From Williopsis jadinii (Eukaryota): 64,000 bases of DNA. The position numbers and the translations under genes are program-made. The notes under the pieces were generated by a model. It did no database searches. It saw nothing but the letters and a program-made list of their open reading frames with translations, and was not told the origin of the DNA. The first letter of the stretch is position 1. Each line of letters starts with the position of its first letter. This document shows, piece after piece, positions 43,593-55,942 of the stretch. The stretch is taken from NCBI GenBank assembly GCA_024346625.1, contig AP024665.1:992001-1056000 (forward strand), read 5' to 3'.

Positions 43593-46500
43593 TCAAGTCT
43601 CAGTGAGGTTGAGCTCAGGGAACAATGCCTCAAAGGTCTTATCCAGAATATCGTACGTAAGTGAAAGGTTCAAGAGATCGTTCTGCAACATTCCGTAGAT
43701 TCTTCCAGCAGCAGTTTTGGAGCTGCTTTGGCCCACAAATGTTGATAAAGTGTCAACAGTCAATGTTTCCAATAAATGTTTGGCCTCTCTCTTAGTACGG
43801 TGTTTGTCAATCGTTGTGCGGACTTCGCCGCTTTTCATGAACTCGCCAGAGGGCCAAAGGGTATCTGTGAGCAAAGAGCTCAGTTCTATCAATTTTTCTT
43901 CACTTGTCAATGCTACTATTTGATCCTTGATATACTTCTCTATTGTGTTGCCCAAAAGCTTTTGTAGGATGACAATTATTGCACGTCCTCGAAGCCATGA
44001 GTTTGTGCTGTTCATGGGAAATAACGCAATGAACAGTTCAACAATGGGTTTCAAAAATGATTTTCCTCGAGTACGGTCAGACTCAAAGGTTTCCAGTTCT
44101 CTTCTTAGATCGTCAGTCTGTTCTGTATCATTGATGAAGGATGCCTCTGCAGCGATGTTTGTGAAACTGGACGACCTTGTATTTGCAGCATCAACCACGG
44201 CCTTAGCAGGAGTTGAGATGCCAGAATCCATCTCATTTGAAAGGTTGTAGTCGTCATTGGTTAAAAACTTTCTGAATTCCTTATTTTGACAAACCTTTGG
44301 GTTCTCTAATAGCCGTGTAATATACTCCTCCAGCTGTTTCTTTCTTTCTTCAAGCACAGATCTCTGTTGAAATTTCAGAACTATCTTCTTCTTAGGAAAT
44401 GTGATAGCTTCAATTTCTGGATATTCTCGTTTTAGAGCTTCATTCATTTGGTAAAATTGGTTGAACCTTCTGGCAATCATCCACGATGTTGCTGGCTTTC
44501 CCTCCAATGTATGATCTCTCTCTACTTCAATGATATAGAGAACGTAATCACGACCATTGTCATGCGACTTTACCCATGATTTGATGCGAACTTTAGTTCT
44601 ACCGTAAAGACTGTTTTCATTTTCCTGTACAATGAGTTGTTGCTTCATCAATTCTTTGGAATCAATCTCCTGATCAAAACTCATCTTTGACTTCCTTAAA
44701 ATTCTGAGCTCATTGGCATTGTTAGTCAACTCGGACTTCAAGATTAATGGATCAAGCATTTCACTCTGTTGCCTCAGCTTTTCAATTTCAGTTTCGAGCC
44801 TCGATATCTCTTCCTTCAGGTTGAGAACATCATGAGATACAGAAAAGAACTGGGGATCAACCCTCAAGTCGGTCTGCGATTCAAGGTCAGCTGTTGAGTC
44901 AACATCGTCTTCGTCATTGAACAGAGGTTTTTCGGATAGAAACCCATTACTTTGATCACCAAACAGATCCGATTTGAGATCCTGTTGGTTTCTTGAATCA
45001 TCGTTGGAAGAGCTTGAGAATATTGATCCTTCGCCAGGCTTGCTCAAAATGTCTGTCAATGCATTCTCCAATTCCAATAGAGATCTTTCATCTTCATCGG
45101 AATTCGGTACCAAAATATCGTGCTCAGTAATGTCATCATGTGGTGCATCAACCTCGTTCACTAAGCTCTGTTCGAAGCTTTCGTTGGTAAGTAATTTCAA
45201 AAAGAGCTCTGATCCCTTAAAGTCTGGAAGGTCTCGTTCCTCCATTCTGTGAAAGACTTCTAACTGAAGCATAAGGATAATCTTCCGAACTTTGACGTAA
45301 GTCTCGAGGTTTCTTTCATTTCCATTAACAAAAGCTTCAACTTCGTTGAAGATATCAGGCTTGATTCTTAATAACTTGTCAGAGAAAAACCTTGTAAAGA
45401 TAGTTTTGATATCTTCCTCGCCGCACATGTCAACAGATGAGGATAATTCTTCTTCATAATCAGCATTCCTTGGATCTTCCAAGGGGTCCCTAATACTATT
45501 AACGGCAATCCAGTATTGTAATAACACTGACCTCGACCGCTGCTCGATAAACTCCATAAAGAACGATAGTGAGGTTGGATTACTCAGTATCTGGAACAGC
45601 GAGAGTTTACTGATAAAGGAGTCCAGATCATACTGTTGTAATGTTGATTTCCGAGTATCACCATCCTTCGAGCAAGCATCAAGAGTTTCGATCATTTTGT
45701 CAACTGTTACTTTGACAATATCCAGTCTCTTTTTATACTTGAGAAATTTTGGTGAGTTTGATTGAATCATGTGAGTACGACTAATCTGGACTGCATTATA
45801 GTACTTGAGTTGTTGGAGAGAGGACAGTGAGTCAGTTTTCTCAATAAGTTTCATGTATCGGTGAAACTCTGAGCTGGTCATATCCGGTTTAACCCTTTGT
45901 TGAAATAGGGGTCCTTTGTATGCCTGTTTCGGTTTGATGGTATGTGGACTGTTGTACTGTTTATCAATAGCATCACGTACTTCACGTACCTTGGTTCGAT
46001 CCTGTAACGTGGATGATACAACTTTCACAATTGTTTGATTCCAGAAGTCTGAATCTGAGAGTATGTTCAATACAGGACAGAAAACAGCATTGGTTAAGAT
46101 TTCACGTATTAGCACTCGAACAGGGTCTGATCCAAGCTCACTCGAGGGCAGTATATATTGTGAAATCTTCATCACCCTGTCACGTGCATACAGTTTCTTT
46201 TCATGATCATTGTCAAATGAAGTAAAAGATATGAACTGACTCAATTTTGAGATGTTGTTGTATTCTTTGGCAATGAGAATGTTAAGATCACGCGATCCTA
46301 ACTGGATCGTATCAGACAGCACGTTATCCTCTGCACAATGATAGTTGCTATAATGGCGTGTCAAGAGGGGTGTAATGATAACGACCAGGAAGGTGGACCA
46401 ATCAACCTTAGTCGCCCGAGCTTCCAATTTACTGAATGTGTATTTCAATTGGGACCTCACTTCAGAGGGAAATGTATCATCATTGGACACAGACTCGAAC

Positions 46501-46907
46501 CAGGAGCTGATGAAATCTTTAGTGATGTAGTTCACAAGGGGATCCAAGGATTGATGGAACTTTGAACGACTCGAGTCATCATCAAAACCTGCTTGTGCAG
46601 TTATCAATTCGATCTCCTTGTTCCAATGTTCAGTGCGAGTAAACTTAAACCTTGGGAACTGAGTCCTTATATGTGCTTCTTCATATTTTGGCAGTCTGAC
46701 AAAGACTATTGAAGCAGCCAGCATCACCAACATTGCCGAAGAAAACAACAACACCAATGAAATAAACGGTAATATAACCTTGATAAAGAATAAACAACAT
46801 AGGATTAACACAGTCATCTGACTCTTGGACCATTGTGTAGCAGGATCATCTGATTCTTGTGTACCTGTTTCTTTGATTCTATCTATGGAAGTCTCCTCGG
46901 AATCCAT
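43593..46907 (-). CDS. MDM1: PXA-RGS-PX-PXC ER-vacuole tether (SNX13/14 family)
   Basis: ATG 46907; N-terminal TMs, PXA DFISSWF, RGS FFMEF..LQYW, PX IARRFNQF, SWLRGRA. Confidence 0.92.
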   Translation of the reverse strand: MDSEETSIDRIKETGTQESDDPATQWSKSQMTVLILCCLFFIKVILPFISLVLLFSSAMLVMLAASIVFVRLPKYEEAHIRTQFPRFKFTRTEHWNKEIELITAQAGFDDDSSRSKFHQSLDPLVNYITKDFISSWFESVSNDDTFPSEVRSQLKYTFSKLEARATKVDWSTFLVVIITPLLTRHYSNYHCAEDNVLSDTIQLGSRDLNILIAKEYNNISKLSQFISFTSFDNDHEKKLYARDRVMKISQYILPSSELGSDPVRVLIREILTNAVFCPVLNILSDSDFWNQTIVKVVSSTLQDRTKVREVRDAIDKQYNSPHTIKPKQAYKGPLFQQRVKPDMTSSEFHRYMKLIEKTDSLSSLQQLKYYNAVQISRTHMIQSNSPKFLKYKKRLDIVKVTVDKMIETLDACSKDGDTRKSTLQQYDLDSFISKLSLFQILSNPTSLSFFMEFIEQRSRSVLLQYWIAVNSIRDPLEDPRNADYEEELSSSVDMCGEEDIKTIFTRFFSDKLLRIKPDIFNEVEAFVNGNERNLETYVKVRKIILMLQLEVFHRMEERDLPDFKGSELFLKLLTNESFEQSLVNEVDAPHDDITEHDILVPNSDEDERSLLELENALTDILSKPGEGSIFSSSSNDDSRNQQDLKSDLFGDQSNGFLSEKPLFNDEDDVDSTADLESQTDLRVDPQFFSVSHDVLNLKEEISRLETEIEKLRQQSEMLDPLILKSELTNNANELRILRKSKMSFDQEIDSKELMKQQLIVQENENSLYGRTKVRIKSWVKSHDNGRDYVLYIIEVERDHTLEGKPATSWMIARRFNQFYQMNEALKREYPEIEAITFPKKKIVLKFQQRSVLEERKKQLEEYITRLLENPKVCQNKEFRKFLTNDDYNLSNEMDSGISTPAKAVVDAANTRSSSFTNIAAEASFINDTEQTDDLRRELETFESDRTRGKSFLKPIVELFIALFPMNSTNSWLRGRAIIVILQKLLGNTIEKYIKDQIVALTSEEKLIELSSLLTDTLWPSGEFMKSGEVRTTIDKHRTKREAKHLLETLTVDTLSTFVGQSSSKTAAGRIYGMLQNDLLNLSLTYDILDKTFEALFPELNLTET

Positions 46908-47123
46908 CGTCCTTAAGTAAAAGAGTGATCCAGCACCTACTTTGTATATCAACCAAACCAATTTCCGATGTTGGCATCTGTGTAAGTGTAATGCGATTTT
47001 ACGTGATGGAAAACACCCGGACATATCTTGTCTTGCAGACACTGAAATCTACACCCGAACACCAGGTTAGCAGCGGTGATAGTATGGTCTAGGATCTATG
47101 AGTTGTTACTCTTGTATATATAC

Positions 47124-47846
47124 TTATTTCTTTGCTTTCTTTGCTTGCTTTGCTTCAGTATCTACTCCATCTGTCTTTCGTGATCTTTTTTTAGAATTTG
47201 AAGCGGCATCTGTCGATTTATCCTTCTTTTCTTTCTTGTCTTTCTTTTCCTTCTTCTCAGTCTTCTCCTTCTTCTCTTTCTTTTCCTTCTCCTTCTTCTC
47301 CTTCTTTTCCTTCTTTTCCTTCTTTTCCTTCTTTTCCTGCTTTTCCTTCTTTTCCTTCTTGTCCTTCTTCTTAGTCTTCTCCTTCTTGTCCTTCTTTGAG
47401 CTCTCGCTCAAATCAGATTCTGATGCTTCACTCGATCCATTAGCACCACTCTTGTTAAAGCTCGTCTTGAGCTGTGTTAAGTCAGTAGTAGCAATACCAC
47501 TACTATCTCTCTTAATCTCAACAATCTCAACCTTGCCAACAGTTCCACCAAGCGTCTCTCCCCGTACAAACATTCTATACAACGGTGAGTCCGACACTGC
47601 AACTCCTGTGGCCACGTATTCTTCTTGCTTGAAACTCACATCACCGTCCTTGTTATTCACATCCAATGCCTTGAGCTGCCCATCAAACAGTCGCTCCCAC
47701 CAGGCATCGACTCCACCATTCGGTTGATGACCTATACCCTTCTTATCGTTTTTATGCTTCACAAGAATCGGTTTCTTAATACCGCCACTTTGAAGAGCCT
47801 CCCCTTCCTTCCAACCATACTGCTTCAGATAGCTTTTACCATCCAT
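47124..47846 (-). CDS. TMA23: Nucleolar G-patch-like protein Tma23
   Basis: ATG 47846 MDGKSYLKQYGWKEGEAL; WWERLFDGQLK; KKE/KKD repeat tail. Confidence 0.92.
   Translation of the reverse strand: MDGKSYLKQYGWKEGEALQSGGIKKPILVKHKNDKKGIGHQPNGGVDAWWERLFDGQLKALDVNNKDGDVSFKQEEYVATGVAVSDSPLYRMFVRGETLGGTVGKVEIVEIKRDSSGIATTDLTQLKTSFNKSGANGSSEASESDLSESSKKDKKEKTKKKDKKEKKEKQEKKEKKEKKEKKEKKEKEKKEKKEKTEKKEKKDKKEKKDKSTDAASNSKKRSRKTDGVDTEAKQAKKAKK
47221..47397 (-). repeat. 9-bp coding repeat encoding (KKE/D)n
   Basis: Periodic TCCTTCTTT array inside TMA23. Confidence 0.85.
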
Positions 47847-47952
47847 TTGCAACAATTCCAGCAACAATTAACAATGCCCTTCGTTAAAGAATTACGCAAT
47901 AGATAATAAACCATCGCTCGACAGAGAAGTTCTGTAAGTGCTGAAACAAAGG

Positions 47953-47976
47953 GAAAAAATTGAGTGAGCTCATCGC
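47953..47976. promoter_or_regulatory. RRPE + PAC (Ribi regulon) in the TMA23/PRP24 promoter
   Basis: GAAAAAATT 47953-61; GCTCATCGC 47968-76. Confidence 0.7.
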
Positions 47977-48132
47977 CTGGTGGGCGCACGACCACAACAT
48001 CCGAACACCGACACATCTGGACACCAATGTTTACTTTTTTTATCTATAAACTTCTCTGTATCCAACAGACAGAGCATTACCAATGGAACTACTACTTAAA
48101 GGCATCCCGATCTGGTTCAAAATTCCTTTAAG

Positions 48133-50757
48133 ATGAACTTTGAAACAGAACTTGCCAATGCTGCCAAGCGGGGCATTGTTGAAGGTGTTTATCCATTGCT
48201 TCTCACTACAGAATTGCCGCTTTTACAGGCAGTTTCTCAGACGTTGAAGACCATAAAGAAGTGGGTATTAAATCCATCCTGTGTTCCAGACGTCGATATT
48301 GAGACCTTAAAAAGCCAAGCATCTTTGCTATTCAGTGGTGAATGCTTATGGACAAGATACGACTTTTTTGATAGTCAAGATATTTTCAATTTACTGCTAG
48401 AACTTGTCGAGATATACCCGGGAAAGTCTGATATCGATCTGTACAAAGAACAGACTGGAGCCTTGTTTGAAGAAAGAATAAGAAAACCACACCTCCAGAT
48501 TTCAGAGACATTCTCAATGTATTCGAGATTTCTTTCCGAATACTTTCCAGATAGTTATACTACAATGATCAAACAAGCGAACGGTATATACCAAAAGGTT
48601 AGCCGTCTCCAAGAGGACTTGGAAATTGAAGCAATTAAGAAAGTGGGTGAGTCCCAAGAGGATTGGAATTACAGAATAGCACTATTCATTTCCTCATCTT
48701 CAAGAAGATCACGAGAGGCATTTGCCGTGAACATTGCACAGAGAATGAAATACACGAGTAACTCTTTAGCAGTTTGGAAAGTATGCGTGCAGATGTTATA
48801 TTCACTTGGAAAGGGTCATGATTCTGCTATTAAGAACTTTTTACTGAAACAGCATGATAAGTTTAAGAGCAGTGATGTCTATGCTGCATGTGAGCTTTTA
48901 AATAATGACCTGATATCACAAGGTGAATTTGACAAGCTAGTTGAGGGAATAGATCACTTTGAAAATTGGAATAGTTGTCAACTCGCTAGAATTTACAAAT
49001 CGAAGACTAAATTGCAACTGGACAAAGTCTTGGATGAATGTTGGGAATATGATGACAGTGTATTCCACCAAGTACCATATGCTATCGCTAATGTTTGTAG
49101 ACAAGAGTCATCTGATTTTGAAGGTGTCGTCTACGAACAGTTAACGAAGAGATACCCACAACAAGCTGAACTGTGGTTGAAGAAGTTGAATTACATCTTT
49201 ATGAAGGGAAGCGACCAAACGTTAGTAAAGGAGATGAAGAATGTAATAGAGCATGCTGAAACTATTGATTGGCCGGAAAGGATTTTTGAAGAGTGCATCA
49301 GTCTAATTTCCCTTACACCGACAAGAGGTGAAGGTTATAGAGAAATCACATACTTGATTGCTAAAAAGAGACACAATATAATATTATCGAGCTCCCAACT
49401 GGTTGAAGAAATGGAAGAGTCGTCTACCATGCCGTACGAAGATGGTGAATCAAGGAAAAGGCCAGCAGATGATAGTGAAGAAGACTCTCATCATGTTAAG
49501 AAAGAATACGCCAACTCAGTCAGAAATCGTGAGCACTTTACTGTTGCTGTCTCAAATCTTCCTATAAATATCACCGAGAGACAACTGAAGCAATTCTTCC
49601 ATGGTTATGGCGATGTTAGAGAGATAAATCTAACAGTTGTTGGAGAAACCCAGGAAGCATCAGTTGAATTTTCCTCGGAACAGGATGTTGAAAAGGCCTT
49701 GGTGAAAGACTACAAAAGAATACGTGGTAATGAGGTACGTGTTCAAAAGGTCCAAAACAACACACTTTTTGTCACCAACTTTCCACCATCGTACACTCCT
49801 GAGAATATCAAGGATATTTTCTGCAGTGTTGGTCCTGTCGCGAGTGTACGTTTCCCTTCTTTGAAGTTCAATGCTGATCGTCGCTTTTGTTATGTTGAAT
49901 ATACAAACTCATCCAATGCTCAATCTGCAGTTGCGTTGTTCAACGGAAAAGTGGTAGATGAGTTTAGATTATCAGTGCAGATTTCGAACCCTTCGTTGAA
50001 ACACCAGAGATCTGGTGCCCGAGAAGAAGGCAGAGAGGTGTATATCAGCTCGCTCAACTTTCAAACAGTTACGGCACATAAACTAAAGGTTTTGTTTGAA
50101 AAGTATGGAAGTGTTGAAAATGTTAATCTCCCACTCTCAGATGAGGGAGCAAAACAAGGGAGAAAAAATGATGGGTACGGGTTTGTCATTTTCAAGACAG
50201 CAGCTGAAGCTACTCGTTCTCTGGAGTTGGACCTAGTTGCGTTTGAAGGCCGTGCTATTCATGTCTCTATTGCTAAGAAGAGAGTACTGTTGAACAAAAT
50301 GAAAGCAACAAGGGCTCTGAAGGACCTCTCATTATCAGATTCAGCAATCGCAGTCCTCAACTTACCAGATACTGTCAATTCAAGCCAACTCCGAGACTTC
50401 TTCGGATCAATCGATGATGTCGAAGATGTGATTCTTGAGCCAAGACATGGTGGTGCAATAGTTGTATTTGCCAGTCCACAGTCTTCTGGTAAAATTGGGC
50501 TGCTGATGAACGGGAAAACAATTGGAAATTACACAGTAGAAATTGGGACAGTGTCTGACCTCAAGAAGTCCTCGAGTCTCATTGCCAACCAACCTACTAC
50601 TACAATCATCCCATCTTCTGTGAGAAGGAAAAAGATGGGCACTTTTGTGAAAGCTCTTCATACCCATAATAATGACACTCAATCAGAATTGACTGTTCAA
50701 AACACTGCCAAGGGGAGAACTAATGAGGATTTCAGAAATATGTTTTTGAAAAAGTAA
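48133..50757 (+). CDS. PRP24: U6 snRNP recycling factor Prp24, long SART3-like form
   Basis: RNREHFTVAVSNLP, four RRMs, C-terminal Lsm-binding NEDFRNMFL; ~460-aa helical N-terminal region. Confidence 0.9.
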   Translation: MNFETELANAAKRGIVEGVYPLLLTTELPLLQAVSQTLKTIKKWVLNPSCVPDVDIETLKSQASLLFSGECLWTRYDFFDSQDIFNLLLELVEIYPGKSDIDLYKEQTGALFEERIRKPHLQISETFSMYSRFLSEYFPDSYTTMIKQANGIYQKVSRLQEDLEIEAIKKVGESQEDWNYRIALFISSSSRRSREAFAVNIAQRMKYTSNSLAVWKVCVQMLYSLGKGHDSAIKNFLLKQHDKFKSSDVYAACELLNNDLISQGEFDKLVEGIDHFENWNSCQLARIYKSKTKLQLDKVLDECWEYDDSVFHQVPYAIANVCRQESSDFEGVVYEQLTKRYPQQAELWLKKLNYIFMKGSDQTLVKEMKNVIEHAETIDWPERIFEECISLISLTPTRGEGYREITYLIAKKRHNIILSSSQLVEEMEESSTMPYEDGESRKRPADDSEEDSHHVKKEYANSVRNREHFTVAVSNLPINITERQLKQFFHGYGDVREINLTVVGETQEASVEFSSEQDVEKALVKDYKRIRGNEVRVQKVQNNTLFVTNFPPSYTPENIKDIFCSVGPVASVRFPSLKFNADRRFCYVEYTNSSNAQSAVALFNGKVVDEFRLSVQISNPSLKHQRSGAREEGREVYISSLNFQTVTAHKLKVLFEKYGSVENVNLPLSDEGAKQGRKNDGYGFVIFKTAAEATRSLELDLVAFEGRAIHVSIAKKRVLLNKMKATRALKDLSLSDSAIAVLNLPDTVNSSQLRDFFGSIDDVEDVILEPRHGGAIVVFASPQSSGKIGLLMNGKTIGNYTVEIGTVSDLKKSSSLIANQPTTTIIPSSVRRKKMGTFVKALHTHNNDTQSELTVQNTAKGRTNEDFRNMFLKK

Positions 50758-50813
50758 AACTCCATGGAGAGATGTAATTATTATTATACGAATGATAAAT
50801 TTTTGTCTTGATA

Positions 50814-53800
50814 TTATTCTGCAAGTAGATCCTGGATTCCATTGGTTTGAGAGACAATCTCTTGAACCAATTTAGTTCTAACCTTATCATCACCCTCAAA
50901 CAGCTTTTGTTCTTCCAAAGAAGTTGGAACAACTCTTGAAGTAAGATACTTTGGGTGTGCAAGTAAATGTTTCAGTGACTTGTCCAAAGCAGCACGGCTT
51001 TCCGCTGAATCAATAGCCGCAATTATTTCAACGGGTTCCGACAATCCACCAGGATGCGTCTGTGCAAATTCCCTGTACAAACCAACCAGCGCTTTTTGAA
51101 GAACAATTATTTGTTCGGTTTCCTGTAATGCTGGGATAGTGATGGCAACAGAATCCTGAGACCAAGATTGTATAGTTGTAGTGAATTGTTTGGAGAACTG
51201 GTTCACAAATGTGCTTATCTCTGGCAACAATCTAACACCAAAGTTGTTCAGCAAGATCAATATGATAGGCATCAATCCGTTGGTCCAAATGTTATGCAGC
51301 TTTGGAGACACGTGAACAAAAATCGATCCTTCTTGAATAACCATAGAAAGTGGACTTTGAATTAGTGTCGAGAAGAGCCCGGTGGTGATTAATTGTTCCG
51401 CAATCACATCGACCGAAATGAGTTCGATGATGTATGTGAGAGATATTTCTGCAAACACGGAATCATTACCAACTTTCAACGTGTGAGCATTTGAGTACAC
51501 ATTGAGTATCGATTTTAGAGTATTGAAATCAACAAAAAGAGTGGACAACTTAGTCAAGAAATTAGAACAAGGTTTGGTAGCGATTAATTCCTTGAAGATT
51601 GACATGATTAACAAGAGATCTTCGATCCTTCCACCAATGTCAACAGAATCTGTTCCTGTCTGGATAGCTTCCAGCAGCACAGTTGTACCTTTCGCAATGA
51701 CGAGCTCTGAGAATCCCAAAAGCTCTGAGAAAAGATTCTCGGATATTCTTGAATTCGCCTTTCCATGAGAAAGCAGATTCGAGATGATTCTCAAGAGAGG
51801 TCTATAGACATCAGAGCGCTGCGAAGACACGCCCTGCAAGAAGTCAGCGTCATGTGAAACAATCAATTCAATGGATAGTCTCAGTAGTTCTTCAATCTCC
51901 TGGTCAGAAATGGAGGTTTTCTGTGTCAGAGAATACAGAAAGAAAAAGGACAATTCCAGTCGAATACGTCTCACTTCTGTAAAAATAGATACATCACTAT
52001 CTTCTTTAACATTAGCTTGTAACAATCTAGCAGCGATCTTACTGAATGTTGATGTGATAGGGACTTTCTTCAAATATGAAGTCATCAAAGCACCCCAGGA
52101 CTTTGCTGCACTGATTTGAGATGTGACATATTGGAAATTCAAACTTGCTGATATGACTTGGTCTCTCATTCCTTCTGTGATTCCCGTACCAATCCAGTGG
52201 GGATCATCACCAAGTAGTACATCCAACAGTCTTAAATCGTAGACGGCATCATCACCATATCTCGATCTCACAGTCAAAGGAGAACGGACAAATTGTGGTA
52301 AGGTATAAGCTGGCCATTTGGCATTGAAGTCTGCAGAAAGGTTCTTATGCAGATCTCTGTTGTAATCGAATGTGCTGTATAAAGGAGCAGTGAGCTTTAA
52401 AATGTCATTTGAATTCAAGAAGTCAAAAATTGGTTTTGTCATCGAGTCAGTTGTGGAGGAATATATGATCAAAGCACATATTTCAGCCACTCTTGAATTT
52501 AATTTTTGTTTGTAACAACCTTCGACAACTTTACCACTATCGACTTCGTTCTTTAGATCCATGTCCACGGTAGATAACTTTGGAACTAAAGTTTTGATGA
52601 AACTGGCATCTTCACTACTGTCAGCACCTTTGAGTGACCAAGTGTTATAGGCACATGCAATAGAATCCACAAGATGGATACTGAGCCATTCTGGGTAGTA
52701 GTCCAGATTTTTCAGGTCCACTTTGAGGAGACCCAAAAGCGTTTTCTGTTGTTTTTCAGTGTTCTTCATATCACGACCATTCAAGAACCTCATTGCAAGA
52801 CCCTTTTGATGTCCCTCAATGACAGAAGAAAAAAATAAGTAGATATACTTCTTCGTTTTGAAGTCATCATAGAGGAACTGTAAGTCTAGGGAAATAGCCG
52901 ACAATAGAACGTCGGTGTAGTAATCTCCCATGTACGATATTAGTGATGGGACATCTGAGCTCCATTTTGCTGAGACAAGCTGAGTAAGAAGTTGCAAGAC
53001 GGGAACTCGTAAAGAGTAGTGCTTGCTATAAATCATCACCAGATCTCTCGATTTTGCGAATAAATTCTTCTCCAGAGTTGATGAAGTATCACGAATATTT
53101 GAGCGCAAAGAAACCAAGACCCTGGCAAAATCGGCACACATGATAGTCCATTGAGTCAGCCAATATCCAACTCTACCACTAGTATTATAAATGGTTGGGT
53201 TCGCGTTTAAGGATTCGATAGCAACGATCAATGGTGTTATAATCCTCACATCAGACAATGATACAGTGAAGGAGGTGAGTATTCTTCTGGCAGAAACTGC
53301 AAGTGTAGACGTGACTTTCTTTGAAGGTTCAACATCTGGAGCTATACCGTAAACAAGCAAGAGGATCTTTGAGAACACCTCAATGATTAATGTACCGATT
53401 TCAAACTTCTGGTATTCATATTTGAAGCTCCAGTACATAAAACTCTCAAAGACTTGACTTGCATGTGTTGTGAACTTTGGAATGACCTCAACTCTATGAG
53501 AATCCAAACCATCGGAGCATAGGACACTGCTAGTTATCAGCTTGTTAAATAATCTCAGACAGTTGATTGTAAATTCGTAATTTCCGGTAATTGTCTCAAC
53601 GCTTCCAAGAATTGTTCCAATCAAACCCCCTCTTCCACCATGCTCAAGCAAATCTGAACGAACAAGATGTGACCATACAATCTGAGGATATGTGTCAACC
53701 AAAGCAATCAATATATCCACAAGTTTTGTTGATAGTAAAACGTTTCTCTGATGCAAAGCAGTTTCGAAGAGTTTCAACAGTACGTCAAGAATATCAGAGT

Positions 53801-55571
53801 CATCCAAGTATGAAGATAGGTTTTCCAAGATTTCTGAAGTAGAGTCAATGTCGGCAACTGCAAGGGAATTTGAAATGAGCTCCAAAATAGTTAACAAGAG
53901 ATCTTCGTGGTCTGAACTTGGAATGATATTTTGTAAGATTCTTCCCACTAAGGACCAACCATTATAGTTGTAATTCAAAATTACCGCTTCTGTATTTTGA
54001 TCAGCTGTTGGAAGAAGACGACCTTCAGTCCCTACTTGTACCTGAAGTAATACATCAGGGCTTTGTTCATATGGTGGGTTAATGAACAGCTCTGAAGTGA
54101 GTATGATTTTGTCGGACTCCAAGTCGCTCTTGTATCCAATACCCGACGTTCCAACACACATATAAGTACACATATTAGAGAGCTGAGAATGTGCATAGCC
54201 ACCATTCATCGATAGTATTCTCAGATATGGGGCAATGATCTGAGGGAATTTTGCTCTCAGGATGTAGATATGTTTCTGTGTGCTTGAATTTTCAAAGAAT
54301 CGCTCAACAAAGATATTCGGTGATTCTTTTAACACGGCAAGATAAGTTCTCGTTGTTTTATCAGTGAATTGAACAAACGGCACAGTGCAGATCAAAAACG
54401 AAGCAATAACGGCAGGATAAAGGGAATCGTACTTGAGTATGTTGAAACTGTTTGTGATGTATCCGAAAATATCAAGTTCCGCAGCTTTTGCAGTGAGGGA
54501 CTTGGCCAATAATTCAGGATCCTCGTCACCGGTGAATGCACTTCTGGCAATTTCAGGGAGCGTGAAAAGAAGCAAACCCCAAGTGTAAAGAACAAGTGGA
54601 TCATGGGGAGCTGATACAACCAGGTCATGAATTGACTTCACAGCTTGTGAATCAGACAGGTATGGACTTTCAACGTCAATACAGTCGTCGCTTGTGTTTA
54701 ATCCAAAGAAGAGCAGAGATGTCACAGATACCAAACTCGTAATCTCGTTATACAGTTCAGCTCTCACACAATCTTTATAAGTAGTGAAATACTCATGGCT
54801 TCTCCAAAGATCAAACCAAAGAATCACATTCTTTGGCGTTGTACTAACCCTCAAAAGTAGGGTGGATAACACTTTGAGTAACTCCACAATAGAATAAAGA
54901 TTCTCTGTTAGAATTGTTTCCTCAATTGCAGGCGATTCCAGCGACTTCATGAGAATGTCCAATGTGCTTATAACATCGCTTATATACTGAGGACTTTCAA
55001 GCAATTGCGAGGAGTATTTATCACCAATGACAGGATGCGAATCGTTGGTCAATATATGTCTAACAAGTTTGTAGATAATACGTCTCTCCTTGAGAACGCC
55101 ATTGAGATACAACTGTTGTCTCTCAGCTTTGTCTGCAGCAATCTGGTCTTTCTCTTTCTTCTCAGTAGAAGGCTCTGGAATACGAGCAGTGATTTGGGAG
55201 ATCACACGTAGAACCTCTTTTTCGTTGAAGTGCAATAGCTTTGCCAACTCAGCTGCATCCTTCCTATTTGTTTCGGACGTTTTATAAGTTGCTGATCTCA
55301 ATGTGAACGAATCGCCCGTAGGAACCGAGTCCACAGTTGATCCAAAGAATCCAGGTTTAAGCAACACTTCTTGATTCTGACTCAAGAAAGTTCCCAACGA
55401 TTCAAACCTCTTCACATCCTCCGCCTCCGTGATCAGATTGAGGGCCAAATCAAAAGACCTTACAATAGTTAGTATGAGAAATCAGTTAAAGCTCTCCAAA
55501 AAGCGCACTCACCAATTGACACTCTCAGCACTCGCAGATTCCAACGCGGTGATCTGTTTCGATAATGACAT
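50814..55571 (-). CDS. NUP188: Nucleoporin Nup188; exons 55571-55513 and 55458-50814
   Basis: 54-nt intron GTGAGT..TACTAAC..AAG supplies the ATG; YNYNGWSLVGRILQN, LLAHPKYLTSRVVP; synteny with MDM1. Confidence 0.88.
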
Positions 55572-55942
55572 GTCCGGCAGCTCTGGATGTTTTAAGCGTG
55601 CTTTGTTTGTTTCCAATAGGTTTCCAATGGGTTTGAAATTGTTTTGTTTACATTTTTTTGGGCGCTTCATGGCTTTTTTTTTCTGTGGCCCATATAAATG
55701 CGAATTCCGGGACCAAGCAGTCGGAAGTATAAACTCATCGTCGTTTCAAATCTACATCACCAATTCAACAAAAAAAAAGATGTGAACATCACCAGAGACC
55801 AATTGGTTCTGTTTGAGTTGTGATGTTCTTGTACTGAAGACCAACATTGATAATAGGATGAGATATATATCTTTATATACATAATAAAAGATCAAGATAC
55901 ACAGGTATCCACAGTAGAAAGACACATCGCACACCAAAAGAA

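Noticed and set aside
47098..47727. 209-aa Phe/Ser-rich ORF
   Set aside because: Antisense of the TMA23 KKE repeat
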